Shown: positions 35,360-50,300 of the stretch, piece by piece
How positions within the stretch are numbered: the first letter of the stretch is position 1
Layout: every line of letters begins with the position of its first letter
NCBI GenBank assembly: GCA_002633005.1
Contig: NMRA01000071.1
Span: forward strand, 395,906 to 459,905
DNA from: Phoronis australis
Taxonomy: Eukaryota; Animalia; Phoronida
Direction: 5' to 3'
Length of the DNA stretch: 64,000 nt
The notes under the pieces: model-generated
Told to the model about the DNA's origin: nothing
The model's database searches: none
What the model saw: the letters and a program-made list of their open reading frames with translations, nothing else
Made by a program: the position numbers and the translations under genes

Positions 35360-38300
35360 TCACGATAACATCTGGTCGTGTTTGCATGTTTTCCTGTGTT
35401 TGAATATCTCTGTAGTAGTGAACCTGAAGTGTCCGTCACAGTCTCCACAGTAGTAAGGTTTGCGTAACACGCCTAACTCTGGCTTGTCACATGCATTGTC
35501 ACACTGGCTCTCTGCAATAAACACTCAAATTGTAAACATTCATCTTCCCATAGTTGGGCATGCCTGGACACAACATCTCACAAGCATGTAATGACAAACA
35601 TCAGACATAAAACTGCCAAGTGCAGGAAAAGTAAGATAATGAATTACAATATTTCTCGAGGTTGGCTTGTTTGTGGTTGTGTTAGTAACTTGAAAATCCA
35701 TGTGATAGACTGACCACATGCAAATGCTGGTCATTCACAAAATTATGTTCTTTGTTTATATACTTTGTGTAAATAAACAAATCATGTCACACGACATGAT
35801 CACATGACATTACGAGTGCGTCAGTTCAATTTACCAGAAGTATTCTCAGCTGTTGTCTTCTCAGCACATTCCGCCTCGTGCTGCAGTCGCTGCGTTACCG
35901 TGACAACCAGACTCTCGGCACACCGTGGGCAGGTCCAGTGACGTTGCATGTACATGGTGTACTCCCCATAGACAGTGGCGACACCTTCGTCGTGCAAACT
36001 GAAACAAGTTTGTGTCAAACACTCGACTGTATTTAAGATAGTTTGTGTTGAGTTTGGAGGAAAGTGATTCACCTTGATTAGTTATCAGTTATGTGTCGCC
36101 AACACTGTAATCAGTAACCCTAACCCTAACCCCAACACTGCAAGCTGAAGACTACAACTATTATTAGAAAAGCTTTGTATTTTGTGGAAAATTAGCAGTT
36201 CTTGGCAACTTGCCATACCTGCTTATACTTTTCCAGTAATGGTAACTGTCAAAGACCAAATAAACCCGATGGCCATGTTAACTCTGGGTGACTACACACC
36301 TCAATCCCAGAGCTCAGGTTGTGGAAACTTACTGTTAAACTGTTAATGCATACCAGGACAGGTCTGCAGTATGAGAGATCTCACCAAGTCTATTTTGTTA
36401 TGAACAGTGAAAAGCATCCTCAGGGATTAGGGACTTCAGTACAAGGTGGAGGGTGTAGCCATCATGAGTTAAGGTGAGCTGCAGGTGTAATTGGGCTGTG
36501 ACACCACTAATCTGGTTCTTTTTATTGAATAACAGCCCATGTGAATACAAAGCACCAGTTATTGTAAATTGTGAAGTAAAAATGTTTCATAAACAGACTT
36601 GATTAGTTTTATGGTAAACTGTGGAAATAACAAATAGGACGCATAGTTTGAGAAGAACAAGGAATTCAAATCTTTTGACAATAAGAAATATTAAGCACTT
36701 TAAGCAGTTTAACAAAATTGACAAGAATCTGTGTTTGTGACAACAGAGTACCACTTATTCATAAATTAATCCGTATTCTAGAATTATGTAATGTTGTTGA
36801 TCCCCTATCCCCTTACCATCCACAGGTGAGATAATCGTTAACCTGTGTGCCCCCTTTCACTGGATGCTCTGCTCCCTTACTGGCCAGCTGGATCAACCCT
36901 TTGATCACTTCATTCTCACAAGTTGTATCTGAAAGACAAAACAAAATATTTATTAGATTAGGCAACTGCGCTATGTCCCATACCTCCCCAAAGAGGGCAG
37001 CACCAGTGTGGTGCAGGAGATGGTGTCTAATCTATGACTTGAGATACAAAATGACTTTCCCTGATAGAGAGCTGGGGAAGCAAATGTAACTCTCAGGGCT
37101 TGGAATTTTCCGCGGAAACGCGGATTTCCGCTTTTTTCAAATGTGCTTTCTGCTTTTTTTATATTTCCGCGTAAAAAAATCGGATTTGATATAAAATTTC
37201 CGCGGCAACTTCCTTTCTTACCGCGGCGTTGCAGACGACGTTCACCTCGAAAAGCGGAAGTTGCTCTTTATGTTCGGAGGAACGTAAATTCAACATTGCC
37301 GGGGCATCTGGGATAGCGTGGTGTGATTTTCAATGGCGTCTCGTGTTATTGTTAAGCGCGGCGACAAATACTACCGCTCTGCAGCCAAAAATGTGTGGGT
37401 TGGGAGTNAGGTGTAATTGGGCTGTGACACCACTAATCTGGTTCTTTTTATTGAATAACAGCCCATGTGAATACAAAGCACCAGTTATTGTAAATTGTGA
37501 AGTAAAAATGTTTCATAAACAGACTTGATTAGTTTTATGGTAAACTGTGGAAATAACAAATAGGACGCATAGTTTGAGAAGAACAAGGAATTTGAATCTT
37601 TTGACAATAAGAAATATTAAGCACTTTAAGAAGTTTAAGAAATATTAAGCACTTTAAGCAGTTTAAGCACTTTAAGCAGTTTAAGCACTTTAAGCAGTTT
37701 AAGCACTTTAAGCAGTTTAAGCACTTTAAGCAGTTTAAGCAGTTTAAGCAGTTTAACAAAATTGACAAGAATCTGTATTTGTGACAACAAAGTACCACTT
37801 ATTCATAAATTAATCCGCATTCTAGAATTATGTAATGTTGTTGATCCCCTATCTCCTTACCATCCACAGGTGAGATAATCGTTAACCTGCGTGCCCCCTT
37901 TCACTGGATGCTCTGCTCCCTTACTGGCCAGCTGGATCAACCCTTTGATCACTTCATTCTCACAAGTTGTATCTGAAAGACAAAACACAATATTTATTAG
38001 ATTAGGCAACTGCGCTATGTCCCATACCTCCCCAAAGAGAGCAGCACCAGTGTGGTCCAGGAGATGGTGTCTAATCTATGACTTGAGATACAGAATGACT
38101 TTCCCTGATTGAGAGCTGGGGAAGCAAATGTAACTCTACTAGTTTACAGGTGTTAGGGTAGAGGTCTCTGCAGTTAAGGAAATATAGTGTATTGTACAGA
38201 GTGTGAGGTAAAGGTCTCTGTAGTTAAGGAAATATAGTGTATTGTACAGAGTGTGAGGTAGAGGTCTCTGCAGTTAAGTAAGGAAATATAGTGCATTGTA

Positions 38301-41300
38301 CAGAGTGTGAGGTAGAGGTCTCTGCAGTTAAGTAAGGAAATATAGTGTACTGTACAGAGTGTGAGGTAGAGGTCTCTGTAGTTAAGGAAATATAGTGTAT
38401 TGTACAGAGTGTGAGGTAGAGGTCTCTACATTGATGTAATGGCCTCCCCCACTCTATACTTCACTTACCCTCACTTGGTCCCACGTACAGGTGGGTTACC
38501 TCCGCCGTAAACACCCGGCGCAGGGAATACTTGACTCTACTAGACAGGAATTCCCCCAGTTTCACAGCCAATGTCTGTTCCAATCGACGAGCTTTAGTGC
38601 TAACAACTGGCTCACCATCTTCATTCAGGTGTTGGAAGGAATCTGTTAATATTGTATTTAATGGTTACTGCACTAGTGATCACTTCATTTTCACAACATT
38701 TACCAAAGTAATAATTCTATCAAATCTTACCCACATTTACCAATGTAATAATTCTATCAAATCTTACCCACATTTACCAATGTAAAAATTCTATCAAATC
38801 TTACCCATATTTACAAAGAAGGGTGTTACCTTCCCTCACACGCCAGTAGCTAACCTCATGTCTGACATGCAGCATACTCCATGCACTAGGTAATAACACT
38901 GATAACAGGCAATAATAATAATAGTAGTAATAATAATGATAATAAAGCAATCAGAATTCCTCAGATGAGACCTTTAAACGACATCAGTTGATCCGTTTCC
39001 TAACCTTAGTACTAGCCTTAAAATTACAGACGACAGAAATGTGTCTGACGTAGGTACACATTCCAGTTCAGAGTATCATCAGTACTCTCACATGTCTGGT
39101 GTGATCTCACTGCCCAACTGTAGACAAAATTACCGACCCACCTTCCAGCCTCAGTTTCAGCAATGACTGCCATGTGTTCCTCAGTTGTACCGCGCTCACC
39201 AGGACCTCTTCGGCTTCTTCAGCATCAGCAAACTTCACCTCTAACCACTCGTCAAATACGAGTCTGAGGAGAACAGAAAATACATGGTCTTATTGATCAT
39301 CAAGTTGGCAACAGGTGGTGCCAGCTGTACATGGTCATGTGATGTAAACAAACTGATATTTCCTGTATAGGCCTGTATACATGCTTGGTGAATAAATGGC
39401 AACAACAATTTGTAAATGTTTCTCTGTTACCTTCATTGTTAAATTATATAATCATCACAGTTACTTCGTGCAATGTCTTTGTTTGTTTACACAGAAGACT
39501 TGGACAATATGACTTACTCTCACGTTTGACAGGGCCAATGTGGATTTTGTCTTTTAAAAACATATTGAATACCCTGCAAACACATATTTAAGTGACATCT
39601 ATAATTCAAACCATCAGACATCTACCACTACATGTTGTAATAGTTAGGTGCAGAAAGTCAGTGTAAAGACAATGAATATGAACACATAATGAATGAATGA
39701 ATGAACCAATCAACATTCTTGATACTTCTAACAGTATATTGTGTTGTATTCATACCTGGTGGCTGAACTGTTAGTGTCAATATGGTGAGCGTGTAGTAGC
39801 AAAGTCTGCAGGGCTGGCACTCTCATCGTTCCAGTTAAGTATGGTTTGGTCGTCTCTAAGAGGGTACTGGAAATATAAGTTAATGATGAGTAATTAACAA
39901 CCAATTCTAGCATTTGCAATGGAAATCCAGCAGCACTAGAAGTATGGTGGCCTTTTAGGTCTTAGAATGTATGGTGGTTTACTCACGACTTGTCACTCCT
40001 AGTATGTATGGTGACTGGCCACTAACACATAACACAACAGTTCATGTCTGTGACTAGTCACTTACACATAACACAACAGTTCATGTCTGTGACTGGTCAC
40101 TAACACATAACACAACAGTTCATGTCTGTGACTGGTCACTTACACATAACACAACAGTTCATGTCTGTGACTGTACACTTCTGTCTTGGTTGTGGTCACT
40201 TGTTTGTCTGAATCAGTGTCTTGAAGATGAAGCAGGTCAGGATGGGTGGCAAATATGGACGTAGGGTGAAGAAGGACGAAGCCCTTTGACTGAAATACAT
40301 ATGGCAACTCACTGTTACAAAAGAGTTCACAAATAATCTCAGTAAGTTAATATGTTTTGGAACCTAAGCTGTGAGAGCGACTGTTTCATTTGAATGATCA
40401 ATATGTGATAAACACACGGTCATTATGTCTCCTTAAGGGGTGAGTATATCAATAATGACCCAACATTGGTGAAGAAAGTCACAAACTTCTAAAATTATGA
40501 TTATTCAAATATCAAAACATAAAATTGTAAATATTCTATCATCATACTTGTCTATCTCCATAAATTATTGTGTGACAAATAATGCCTACCTTTGTATGGA
40601 ATGCCTGCTCTGAGTCTGCCTTAAATGAGTTGCACTCGTCTGGTAAAGACACCTGTGGGTAGAGACCACTACTAAGGATGACCTTGAGTAAGTTGATCTC
40701 TCGTCGCGTGAACTGCCGACTCTGATTAGACTTTTCTTGTTCTCTCTCCATGTCATGAGTTAGACGGAACTCAAGGTCTTTGATGTCATTTGCAGCATCA
40801 TCATCACTGGACTTGTCATCCTGGGTGACGACCTATATACAGTGAGATGGGACAAGGTAATGACTATAAATCTAACGGCATGATGAGCTCAGAGAACAAC
40901 AGAGGGCAGCTCAGTGGTCAATGCAGTCTACAATAAAAAGAGAAACATTCGTGAAATCCTTTCACATTTCATCAAATAGCTTCTTAACTCCATTTTTCAA
41001 CCCAGAGAAGATCATTATGTATTTTCTCAATCCTTAATGACTGAACAAAAGAAAACATTTAAAACATTGTGCACTTATATCAGAGCATTGATATTGTATA
41101 AGTAAAAATTATTAGGCTTCTTACAAGCCATACGTTGGTCACGTCACATGACCTATAACAGTTAAGTGTGATCTCCGTCTCAACAAGGCCTTGAACCTTG
41201 AACTTTCTGCAAACCGTGCATTATCTCTAGTCCACTAGGCTGGCGGGACCACCGGTCGATCACAGAAATCCAATCAAACATATTTACACATGGATAAGAT

Positions 41301-44300
41301 GCCTTCTATAAGTCTGAATGAATTTCTGTAATTGGCTGGTGATGCAGATAGTGCAGTGCAGTAGACAAAATTAGTTTAAAATGTTTAACCTCCTGCTGTT
41401 ATGGAAAAGCAACCTAACATAAACAAAGTCACGATATTACTTAAAGTACATAAAGTGCAGCGACTAAAAACAAGTCAGAACAGAAGTTTAACCTCATTTT
41501 CCAACTTCAGCACTTTCCGTTTGCGTGACAGGTTGTTTTGAGTTCGCTTCAGGTCACGTAACTTCTTGCGCTCACCGTGTCTCTGTCGTCGCTGCTCACT
41601 AGTTAATAACCTCTCAGGTTCTTCAGCAGCTTGATGTAACAAGTTATGGTCCTACAGGCACAATGACATCATCACCTCATTTGAGCTTCATATAACAAGT
41701 TATGGTCCTACAGGCACAATGACATGATCACCTCATTGAGCTTCATATAACAAGTTATGGTCCTACAGGCACAATGACATCATCACCTCATTAGGACTGT
41801 GAAGGTATATAAGAGAGAGACCTTGACAAAATCAATAATGAAGTACAAATGGGTTGACTACATTTAACAGAAAAAGTTTGACTACAGGTGTCACTAATTG
41901 TGCGCTCCTATTCACACCCTGTACATGAATTGACCAAAATAATTTTATCCCAAAACTCAGTGCCACCTTCAGGAGGTCCTTGAACTGTCTCTTCAATTTG
42001 GTCATCTCATAGAACCGTTGTTCCTCAAATCCTCGTCGCTTGCACCACTTCCTGGTCCCATGACCTTCAGCCTTGACTTGTATCCATTCATCGAATGCAT
42101 TCAACAGTGTGAAAGGGTCACCGTGGTCAGACTCAAGTGACTTTCTGGCAGACTAAAAGATGAACATAATTAACTTGAGTCTGAAGTAAGGTAGTGAAGG
42201 GAACAGACAGAACATGTATATTTAAAATTTGTATATTTAACACATGAACGTTTAACACATTCTGGAGAACAGGTTCGTCATTGGTCTCTAGAGGCATTGT
42301 AGTATATAAAATGGTCACTTACGTGGTTAGATGTTAACACATGTTTATTCAACACATGTATAGTTAACACTGCAGTACTTAGCCACTGGCACACTTAGCC
42401 ACTGGAATACTTAGCCACTGGCATACTTAGACACTGGAATACTTAACCACTGGCACAGTCGCAAATGTGACTCAAAAAGGTGCTGTGCCAATTGTTCATT
42501 GGCTGGTCACTCTGGTGGTGAGTGGATTTTCTGAGCGATTGCGGACTTATATGATTTTTCTGTGTGGAATTCACTGCAAGAAACTGTCTCCTCCTCACTG
42601 TGGTGTTATTACTTAATACTAGGATATACGCTTGATACAAAACACGATTTTGAAGCATCATGGTGAATAACTTTGTTTCAGGTAATTTGAAAACAGTGAA
42701 GGCGTGCCTGTCGTTACCTCTGAATAAGAGTCATCACACCCTAGTAAGCGAATTCTTAACAATATCATGTTTACCAAGGCCATAGTCAGCCACAAACTTT
42801 CTGCGTCACAAGCCTATTTTTCACAAGAATTCTTGACTGTCTTTTGTCCACTCACCATATCCCTCCTCAAGTATCATCTACACTACATGTACACTCACCA
42901 TGTCCCTCCTCAAGTATCATCTACACTACATGTCCACTCACCATATCCCTCCTCAAGTATCATCTACACTACATGTCCACTCACCATATCCCTCCTCAAG
43001 TATCATCTACACTACATGTCCACTCACCATATCCCTCCTCTAGTAACATGTACACTACATTTACACTCACCATATCCCTCCCCAAGTATCATCTACACAT
43101 GTACACTCACCATAGCCTCATGGTCTGTGTGTGCTCTGCTTGTGAATGGAGACTGTACACTAAGTGCAGCAGCCACAGACAATATAGGATCTATCATGTG
43201 AAATATTGAGCCCATGATCAGCATCTTGCCAATAGTCACATCTACAGGAAGTTGAGCCAACATCTGGCCAATAGGGGTCAGTGTCTCATCGTCAGCCAGT
43301 GCCCCCTGGTCCTTGAGGAAAGCGATGGAGTATTCTAGACTGTCTCTGGCTGGTGATTCAATGAAAGGGAACCTGCAGAAGAGTTGCAAAATGTCAATGA
43401 GTCTGGCAGACTACAGCTCCTCATGGTGGCAGATTTCACCAAGTACAGATGCAAAGATGTTCGCATTATTAGTGGCCTCTACGTGTCAAAATGGAGCATC
43501 TAATAGGTGCATTGAATGCATGACAAGTCTAAAGGTCATTAACAAACCAAAAAAAAAACTAGCATGAGAGAAATAAGTATCAAGTCTAGGTGTCCTTTGA
43601 CTTCCAAATGACTTTGTGGCATCAGTGACACTGAGACACATTCAGCAACATACTTCCTGGCATCTGGCAGTCCCATAGAGGCCATCTGCAGTATGAGTGA
43701 ATCAAGAGGTACTCGTAAGATCTCTGGCGTAGCATACTCTTGAAAGGCATCATAATCTGATTGGTCGTACAAACGGAAACACGTGCCTGGACCAGTACGT
43801 CCTAAACAGAACATAAGCAATGTACAAGAGACTGAGATGTGTTAGAGTTGAGGATGACATGCAGTCTTGCAGGCAACTAAGTGAAATCAAGTCATATATT
43901 TAGAGTACAGTTTACTTCATAATTGGTCAGTTTGACGTAAATGTTCTTGAAATAGTCACTATCTCAAACTCAACTATTTTACTGAACTTATGGTCAACCT
44001 ACACTGTACCTAGTTCAGTCAGAATCTGATGTTCCTGCAGAAGTCTAAAATAGATGGTAATAACAGACTACAACAAGTATCAGACTGGCTGTAATTGTGT
44101 TGTTTAACACCAATCAAGAGTTTCAATATACCTTCCAAGGCAAAACCCATTTATTAGAAATCCAGTGAATGTCCCCATCAAAGCATTTAAAGTTGAGCAA
44201 ACAGACAAAAGTACGTCCACCCATCAAAGTAGACTCATCCACATCCCTCCAAGTAGTCTGATCTGCAAATTAAAGTATTTCTGCCCCCCCCCCACCCCAA

Positions 44301-47300
44301 AGTAGACTCATCTACGTATTACCTTAAGGCCTCATCTGTGTAAGTATCCCCCCCCCCCGTGTGAGTAGACTCATCTCAGTATACCTGCTCGACCTTTCCG
44401 TTGCTCAGCACTTGCACGACTGATCCAGAACTCTTGAAGTTTCTGCATTTTGAACTTGCTGTCGTAACTCATTTCTTTCACCTAACATGTTTCAAAACAT
44501 AACGTTAAAAAGAAGACAGATTTTGTCAATGTTTGTCTACCTGAGAGTCAAAGTTTTGGCGAATGACAATCATTAATTTTGTAAAACCTTTGGCCATAGG
44601 CATTAACAAAATAACAAATGCTATTTTTGCGTTAGATGCAATGTTTCACTCCTTGATATCAGATTTGATGCGACATTATTGAAGAAATGTTCATTGGCTT
44701 AGCATGTTCGCCGAGAATAAGAAGTGAATGGGGGTTGATGAGAAAAAAATTGCAACTCGTAAGTTGTGTTAATGAGAAAAGTAAGTTTTTAATTACAATT
44801 TCCATGTGTACTGCGATGAAGGAAGACTGGCAGATCTTTACTTGGCGGATATTTAAGCAGACACGAAGATGAAAGTAAGTTCTTAGGTACACATCTGAAT
44901 TTCATCATTTCATAAATGTACATCAAACAACTCTGTGCATTTTGATAAAGACGCAAAACAAATTACAACTGCCATCAGGGGGTGCCAAAGTAGTTGGATC
45001 TGTCAGAAAATCAACGTCAGTCGTACTCCTCAAAAGAACACCTGCCACATATCATCATAATTCTTCAAACAGTTTCATGGATAGTGATGTGAAGGACAAC
45101 ACATACACAAATAATAAGTTGTTGTCTGCTTGACATGTTGCCAAAACTGCCACAGTCATGAATAACAAGACAAACATAAAGAAAACCAAAATTGATTCTA
45201 GAGAACGCCACAGTTCTCGGACTCATCGTGAAGTCCATGTCAGCAGTACTGTCTGCAACACTAAGTTTTATGAAGATCAATCAAGGAATTTGATAGACAG
45301 TGAAGTACAGTGAAGTACGGTGAAGCACGGTGAAGTACAGTGAAGTACGGTGAAGTACGGTGAAGCACAGTGAAGCACAGTGAAGCACAGTGAAGTACAG
45401 GATAAACAAGCTGTCAGGGTACCACAATATTCACACCCATCTGCATATCAATGTCAGCGAGGCTTCTCTCCATAGCAACAAATCAATGTCATCGAGGCTT
45501 CTCTCCATAGCAACAAATCAATGTCAGCAAGGCTTCTCTCCATAGCAACAAATCAATGTCAGCGAGGCTTCTCTCCATAGCAACAAATCAATGCCAGCGA
45601 GGCTTCTCTCCATAGCAACAGATCTGCAGATTTTCATAATGATCCTTCATTCTAGTTTTACAGATGGACAGACAGACGTTAAAGATGGCCACTAGGGGTC
45701 GCAGAATTTGCTGAATCAGTGTCTAAAAATGGAAAACTGTTATCCCCTCCTTAACAAAAGTTTGTTTGTTAAATTTCATAAAAATCCATCAAGACAATCA
45801 AGGGATGCAGAGGCAAACATACATTCTGGACAGTAATACCTGAACCTGTCCGAAAATTTGTGCGTGTCGTCTCGTCCATGATAGTAAACATCCATCCAGT
45901 TTTAGAGCACATGCAAAATGACACGTCATGAAGATGAGTGCAAGCATAATTCCTCGTGATGACAACTGAGTGCAAGCAACTCTCCATCAGACCAGCTACA
46001 ATGACTTGTCATCAGATGGCGGCTGATAATAGGTCATGACTCCTCAAGATGGGCAAACAGTATTTTGTCCAATTACTTTTGCTGTGTATCGTATATTAAG
46101 TAATGTGTGTGTATATGTATGCATGTGTGTGTGTGTGTGCGCATAGTGTATGTGTAACTATCTATATGGGTGCATAAAATGGGGACTACTAAGTTTGTAC
46201 TGAGGATTGACTCTACTCAATCCTGGGTTATGTCCAGATATAATTCCCAGTGTAACAACCTTCCATATTTTGTCATGAAACTTAAATATGGTTTGTATAA
46301 AAAATAAGAAGAGAAATACGCAAGCAAGATTTACACCATGCTGCACATATGACTAGCAGAGCAGCAGAGACATGCATACCTTTCCAGAGTCAATAATGAA
46401 GCGCACACCATCAATAGTGACTGATGTCTCGGCTATGTTGGTGGACACTATACACTTCCTGACGCCTTCAGGAGAGATGTCAAACACCTGGGGAAAGTAA
46501 CGATACATACAGAATGAATGAGTTCACACAGTATGAAAGAGTTCTCACAGTGAACAGTGTGAACACAGGCGACAGCCTGCACATATTACCTCTGAAATAA
46601 GTGAGCACCTTCGTAAAACTACTTAAATTGAGGTCATAAATATCTGAAAGATGTCTTTTGAACTTCACACAAAACTGTAAATCTGTTGAGACCTCATTAT
46701 ATCAACTGTGACTGTCGATTGACAATCCTGACAGTCGAATGTCAATCATGACACTCTATTGTCAACTGTGACAGTCTATTGTCAACTGTGACAATTGATA
46801 ATGAACCGTGACAGTCTTGCCAACTGTGACAGTCGATTGTCAACCGTGACAGTCTTTTGTAACTGTGTCAATTCACTTTCAATTGCACCTGTTGTGATAC
46901 TGTCACTCGTTACAACCAACATCATCTGCTGTAAAAATCAACTTTGACAATCTTTTAACAGGAGTTTGTGATACTATCAAGAAGGAGTCAATCAATTGTC
47001 TGTACCTTGTCCTGCTCCTCTACACAGAGGGCGCTGTGTAGTGGCAGTATAATCCACCTCTTGGTTGTCTGTGCATACATCTTGGCTGCCTCGACAACTG
47101 ACATGATCTCTGACATACCACTGAGAAAGATAAGCAGGTCTCCTCTCTCAGTAGCTGGGTACTGTAACGAAAATAACTTACATGATCTCAGACATACCAC
47201 AGAGGAAGATAAGCAGGTCTCCTCTCTCTGTAGCTAAAGAAAATAAATCTGACATAACTTCTGACACACAACTGAGGGATATAAGCAGGTCTCCTATCTC

Positions 47301-50300
47301 TGTAGCTGGGTACTGTAAAGAAAATAACTCTGACATGACTTCAGGCATACAACTGAGGAATATAGGGAGATCTCCTCACTGCAGTTACTGTAAAGAAAAT
47401 ATCTGACATGATCTCAGACATACCACTGAGGAAGACAAGCAGGTCTCCTCTCTCCGTGTGGAGGAAGGAAGCAGCAATGAGACATTGTGCATGTAAGTGG
47501 CACACTTCCCATTCTCAACACCAGCATCCCTCTGTATTAAAGCTAAATAGTGCTCCATCAACACCAGCATCCCTCTGTATTAAAGCTAAATAGTGCTCCA
47601 TCAACACCAGCATCCCTCTGTATTAAAGCTAAATAGTGCTCCATCAACACCAGCATCCCTCTGTATTAAAGCTAAATAGTGCTCCATCAAAACAAAGAAC
47701 ATTTAACTTAAGACCACTTAATACACTATAAAACTAACCTCAACCTCTTCCTTGCGCAAGTGATTTCTTTGTTTGGAAAGATTTGTCTGAGATTTTTGTT
47801 GACTTAGACCAGACCAAGTGCCAAAAATGAGCAGCCATGACACTTCAACTTGTTGTCTTCAACCAACTGTCACTTCTTTGCAAGCCTAAATGACACTGAA
47901 ATTGGCAGGAAGCCAACTTGTTGTTTGGTTTTGTCCAAGTTTACAGTGACGTTGGTCGTATCAAGTGTTTTAAAGAGAAATATTACGAAATGACTGTTTA
48001 AAATCCACAACAATTCAAAGTACCTTGTTGTCAATTCTCTGCATGATCCGTAAGTATGGTGTGGGGTCTACCTTTGACGTCTTCTCTTCTTTGTCTGCCT
48101 GACTGATGGGGCAGTACTCCAGCTGTATGGGGTATAGACGTCCAGGTACCTATTGACACAGTGTACAGTAGACAGGTGGTTATACTGAGATCTAAAGCAG
48201 AGGTTATCATGACTTCCGTAAGGTGAGGTAAATCAACAGTGTACCACAGAAAGGAGACACATTTATGTCCTTTTAAGAGATAGTGCACCAATTCTTTTAA
48301 CATCAGACAATTATTTATAATCAGTATCATTTTCAAGATTACAGACTAGGAACAAATAGTGAGTAAATACAGTTTTGAAGATCAGCTGCACCAGTGAGTC
48401 TAATATATAAACAGTGTTCTGGTGACCAGCTGCACCAGTGAGTCTAAGATATAAACAGTGTTCTGGTGATCAGCTGCACCAGTGAGACTAACATATAAAC
48501 AGTGTTCTGATGACCAACTGCACCAGTGAGTCTAAGATATAAACAGTGTTCTGGTGATCAGCTGCACCAGTGAGACTAACATATAAACAGTGTTCAGATG
48601 ACCATCTGCACCAGTGAGTCTAAGATATAAACAGTGTTCTGGTGACCATCTGTACTAGAGAGTCCAACATATAAACAGTGCTCATTTCATTTTTGATTGT
48701 GAAAAATATACTCACATTCGACCATATTTTTTACGGCGTTCTGCCCTACCTCAAATATTCCAAAATAACTTGAAAGGTCTAGCGAAATTCATTCAAGACG
48801 CTTTGCAGGTTAGAAGTAATTGTTTGTTTATAAACTAGTCTGAAGTGGTCATATTTGAGCTTGTGCAATTTGTTATGTAATGATTTAAATATTATTAGGT
48901 GACTGAGTAAGCCCATTGAGGCTGGGGGGTGTGGTGAATAATCTGTATTTGATTGTATTTAGTGGTACCCTTATGTCACTATAATAAATAAATAAAAAAA
49001 ATAAAAAAAAAATATAAACAGTGCTCTGATGACCAGCTGCACCAGTGAGTCTAACACACAAACACCCCAAAGTCACCCAAACAGCATCAACATCACTGTC
49101 CACAGTAACAATGTTACCGTGGTTATGAAACCTTACCTTGACAACTGGAGCATTGTCAAAGAATCCACTGAACAAGCCAATGTTGATAGTGGCTGACATT
49201 AGCACCATCTTCAGGTCTGTACGGTGTTGAGCGAGACATCGCAGGACGCCCAGTAGGCAGTCTGTGTGTAGGTGGCGCTCATGTACCTCGTCTACTATAA
49301 GAACACTATATTGAGACAGCAGGGGGTCAGTAGTGATTTGACGCAGTAACAGACCTTCTGTTAGGAACAGAATACGTGTTGACTGAGTCTTGCTTTTCTC
49401 AAAGCGCACTTGGAACGCCACCTGTGAACCATACTCGTTCAACGTCTCAAAGGCCACTCGCTTTGACAAAGAGATACAGGCTATGCGGCGTGGCTGAGTG
49501 CAAGCAATCTTAGTGAAGCCAGCCTCTAACAGATATTGAGGAACCTGAGGAGAATAATAATTGAGATAGTGTCGTTATTATTAATATCATTATTATTATT
49601 GTTACATCACCATTATTAGCATGTTTTTCATGTTGTTTTTGACAGAACAGAGGTTTAAATTTCAGTAAAGGCCAAAAATAATTGGACAAAGTGATCTAAT
49701 CGCCATGTCTGAATGCAAGCAACATCCTCATCATAATGGCTGAAAGGGATCGCTGGAGGACACTGGTAATGCTCTAAGTGATCACTAGAGGGAGCTAGTA
49801 ATGATTTATAGTCAGAACAAGGTAATGCTGTCTGAACAACACATAAGATGTGTAGTTAACAAAGAAGGCACAATCTGATAGACAGTGTTCCCCTCACACC
49901 CTCGGTTCATTATTACATGGTGAGTCAGACTCAACTTACCTGTGTTGACTTCCCGCAACCTGTATCTCCAGCCACTACTACTACCTGATGGTGCTCAAGT
50001 GTGTTCAATATGGCGTCTCTGTATTGATATATGGGCAGGTTGCGCTGGTCTCGTCGGATTTTTAGCAGTTTCTGAAACTATTTAGAGGATGAAACAAAAT
50101 GATTTGATGAGTTAACACAGCATTCAAGTGGCAACAGTATTCTTATGGTGTGCAGAGGAGTATACAGTGAACTTATGATTATGGAGGACCCTAGAAAATA
50201 TCCAAAAAAATCCCAACACTATATTGCAGAAATGGCTTATCGTGTTCACACAAAACTTTCACATACACTATCAGAATGCTTTATTGTATTCACACAAAAC

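Noticed and set aside
36115-36132. Interstitial telomeric repeat (TAACCC)3; also (TAAGCC)3 at ~55915
   Set aside because: Only three units; too short to infer a fusion or healing event.
36817-36928. Mutually exclusive alternative exon in DHX34
   Set aside because: Same peptide, flanking introns near-identical and the junction is an N; a haplotype artefact is more parsimonious.
37535-37798. CLNCLK-repeat ORF
   Set aside because: Translation of an 18-bp VNTR that is nearly absent from the duplicate copy.
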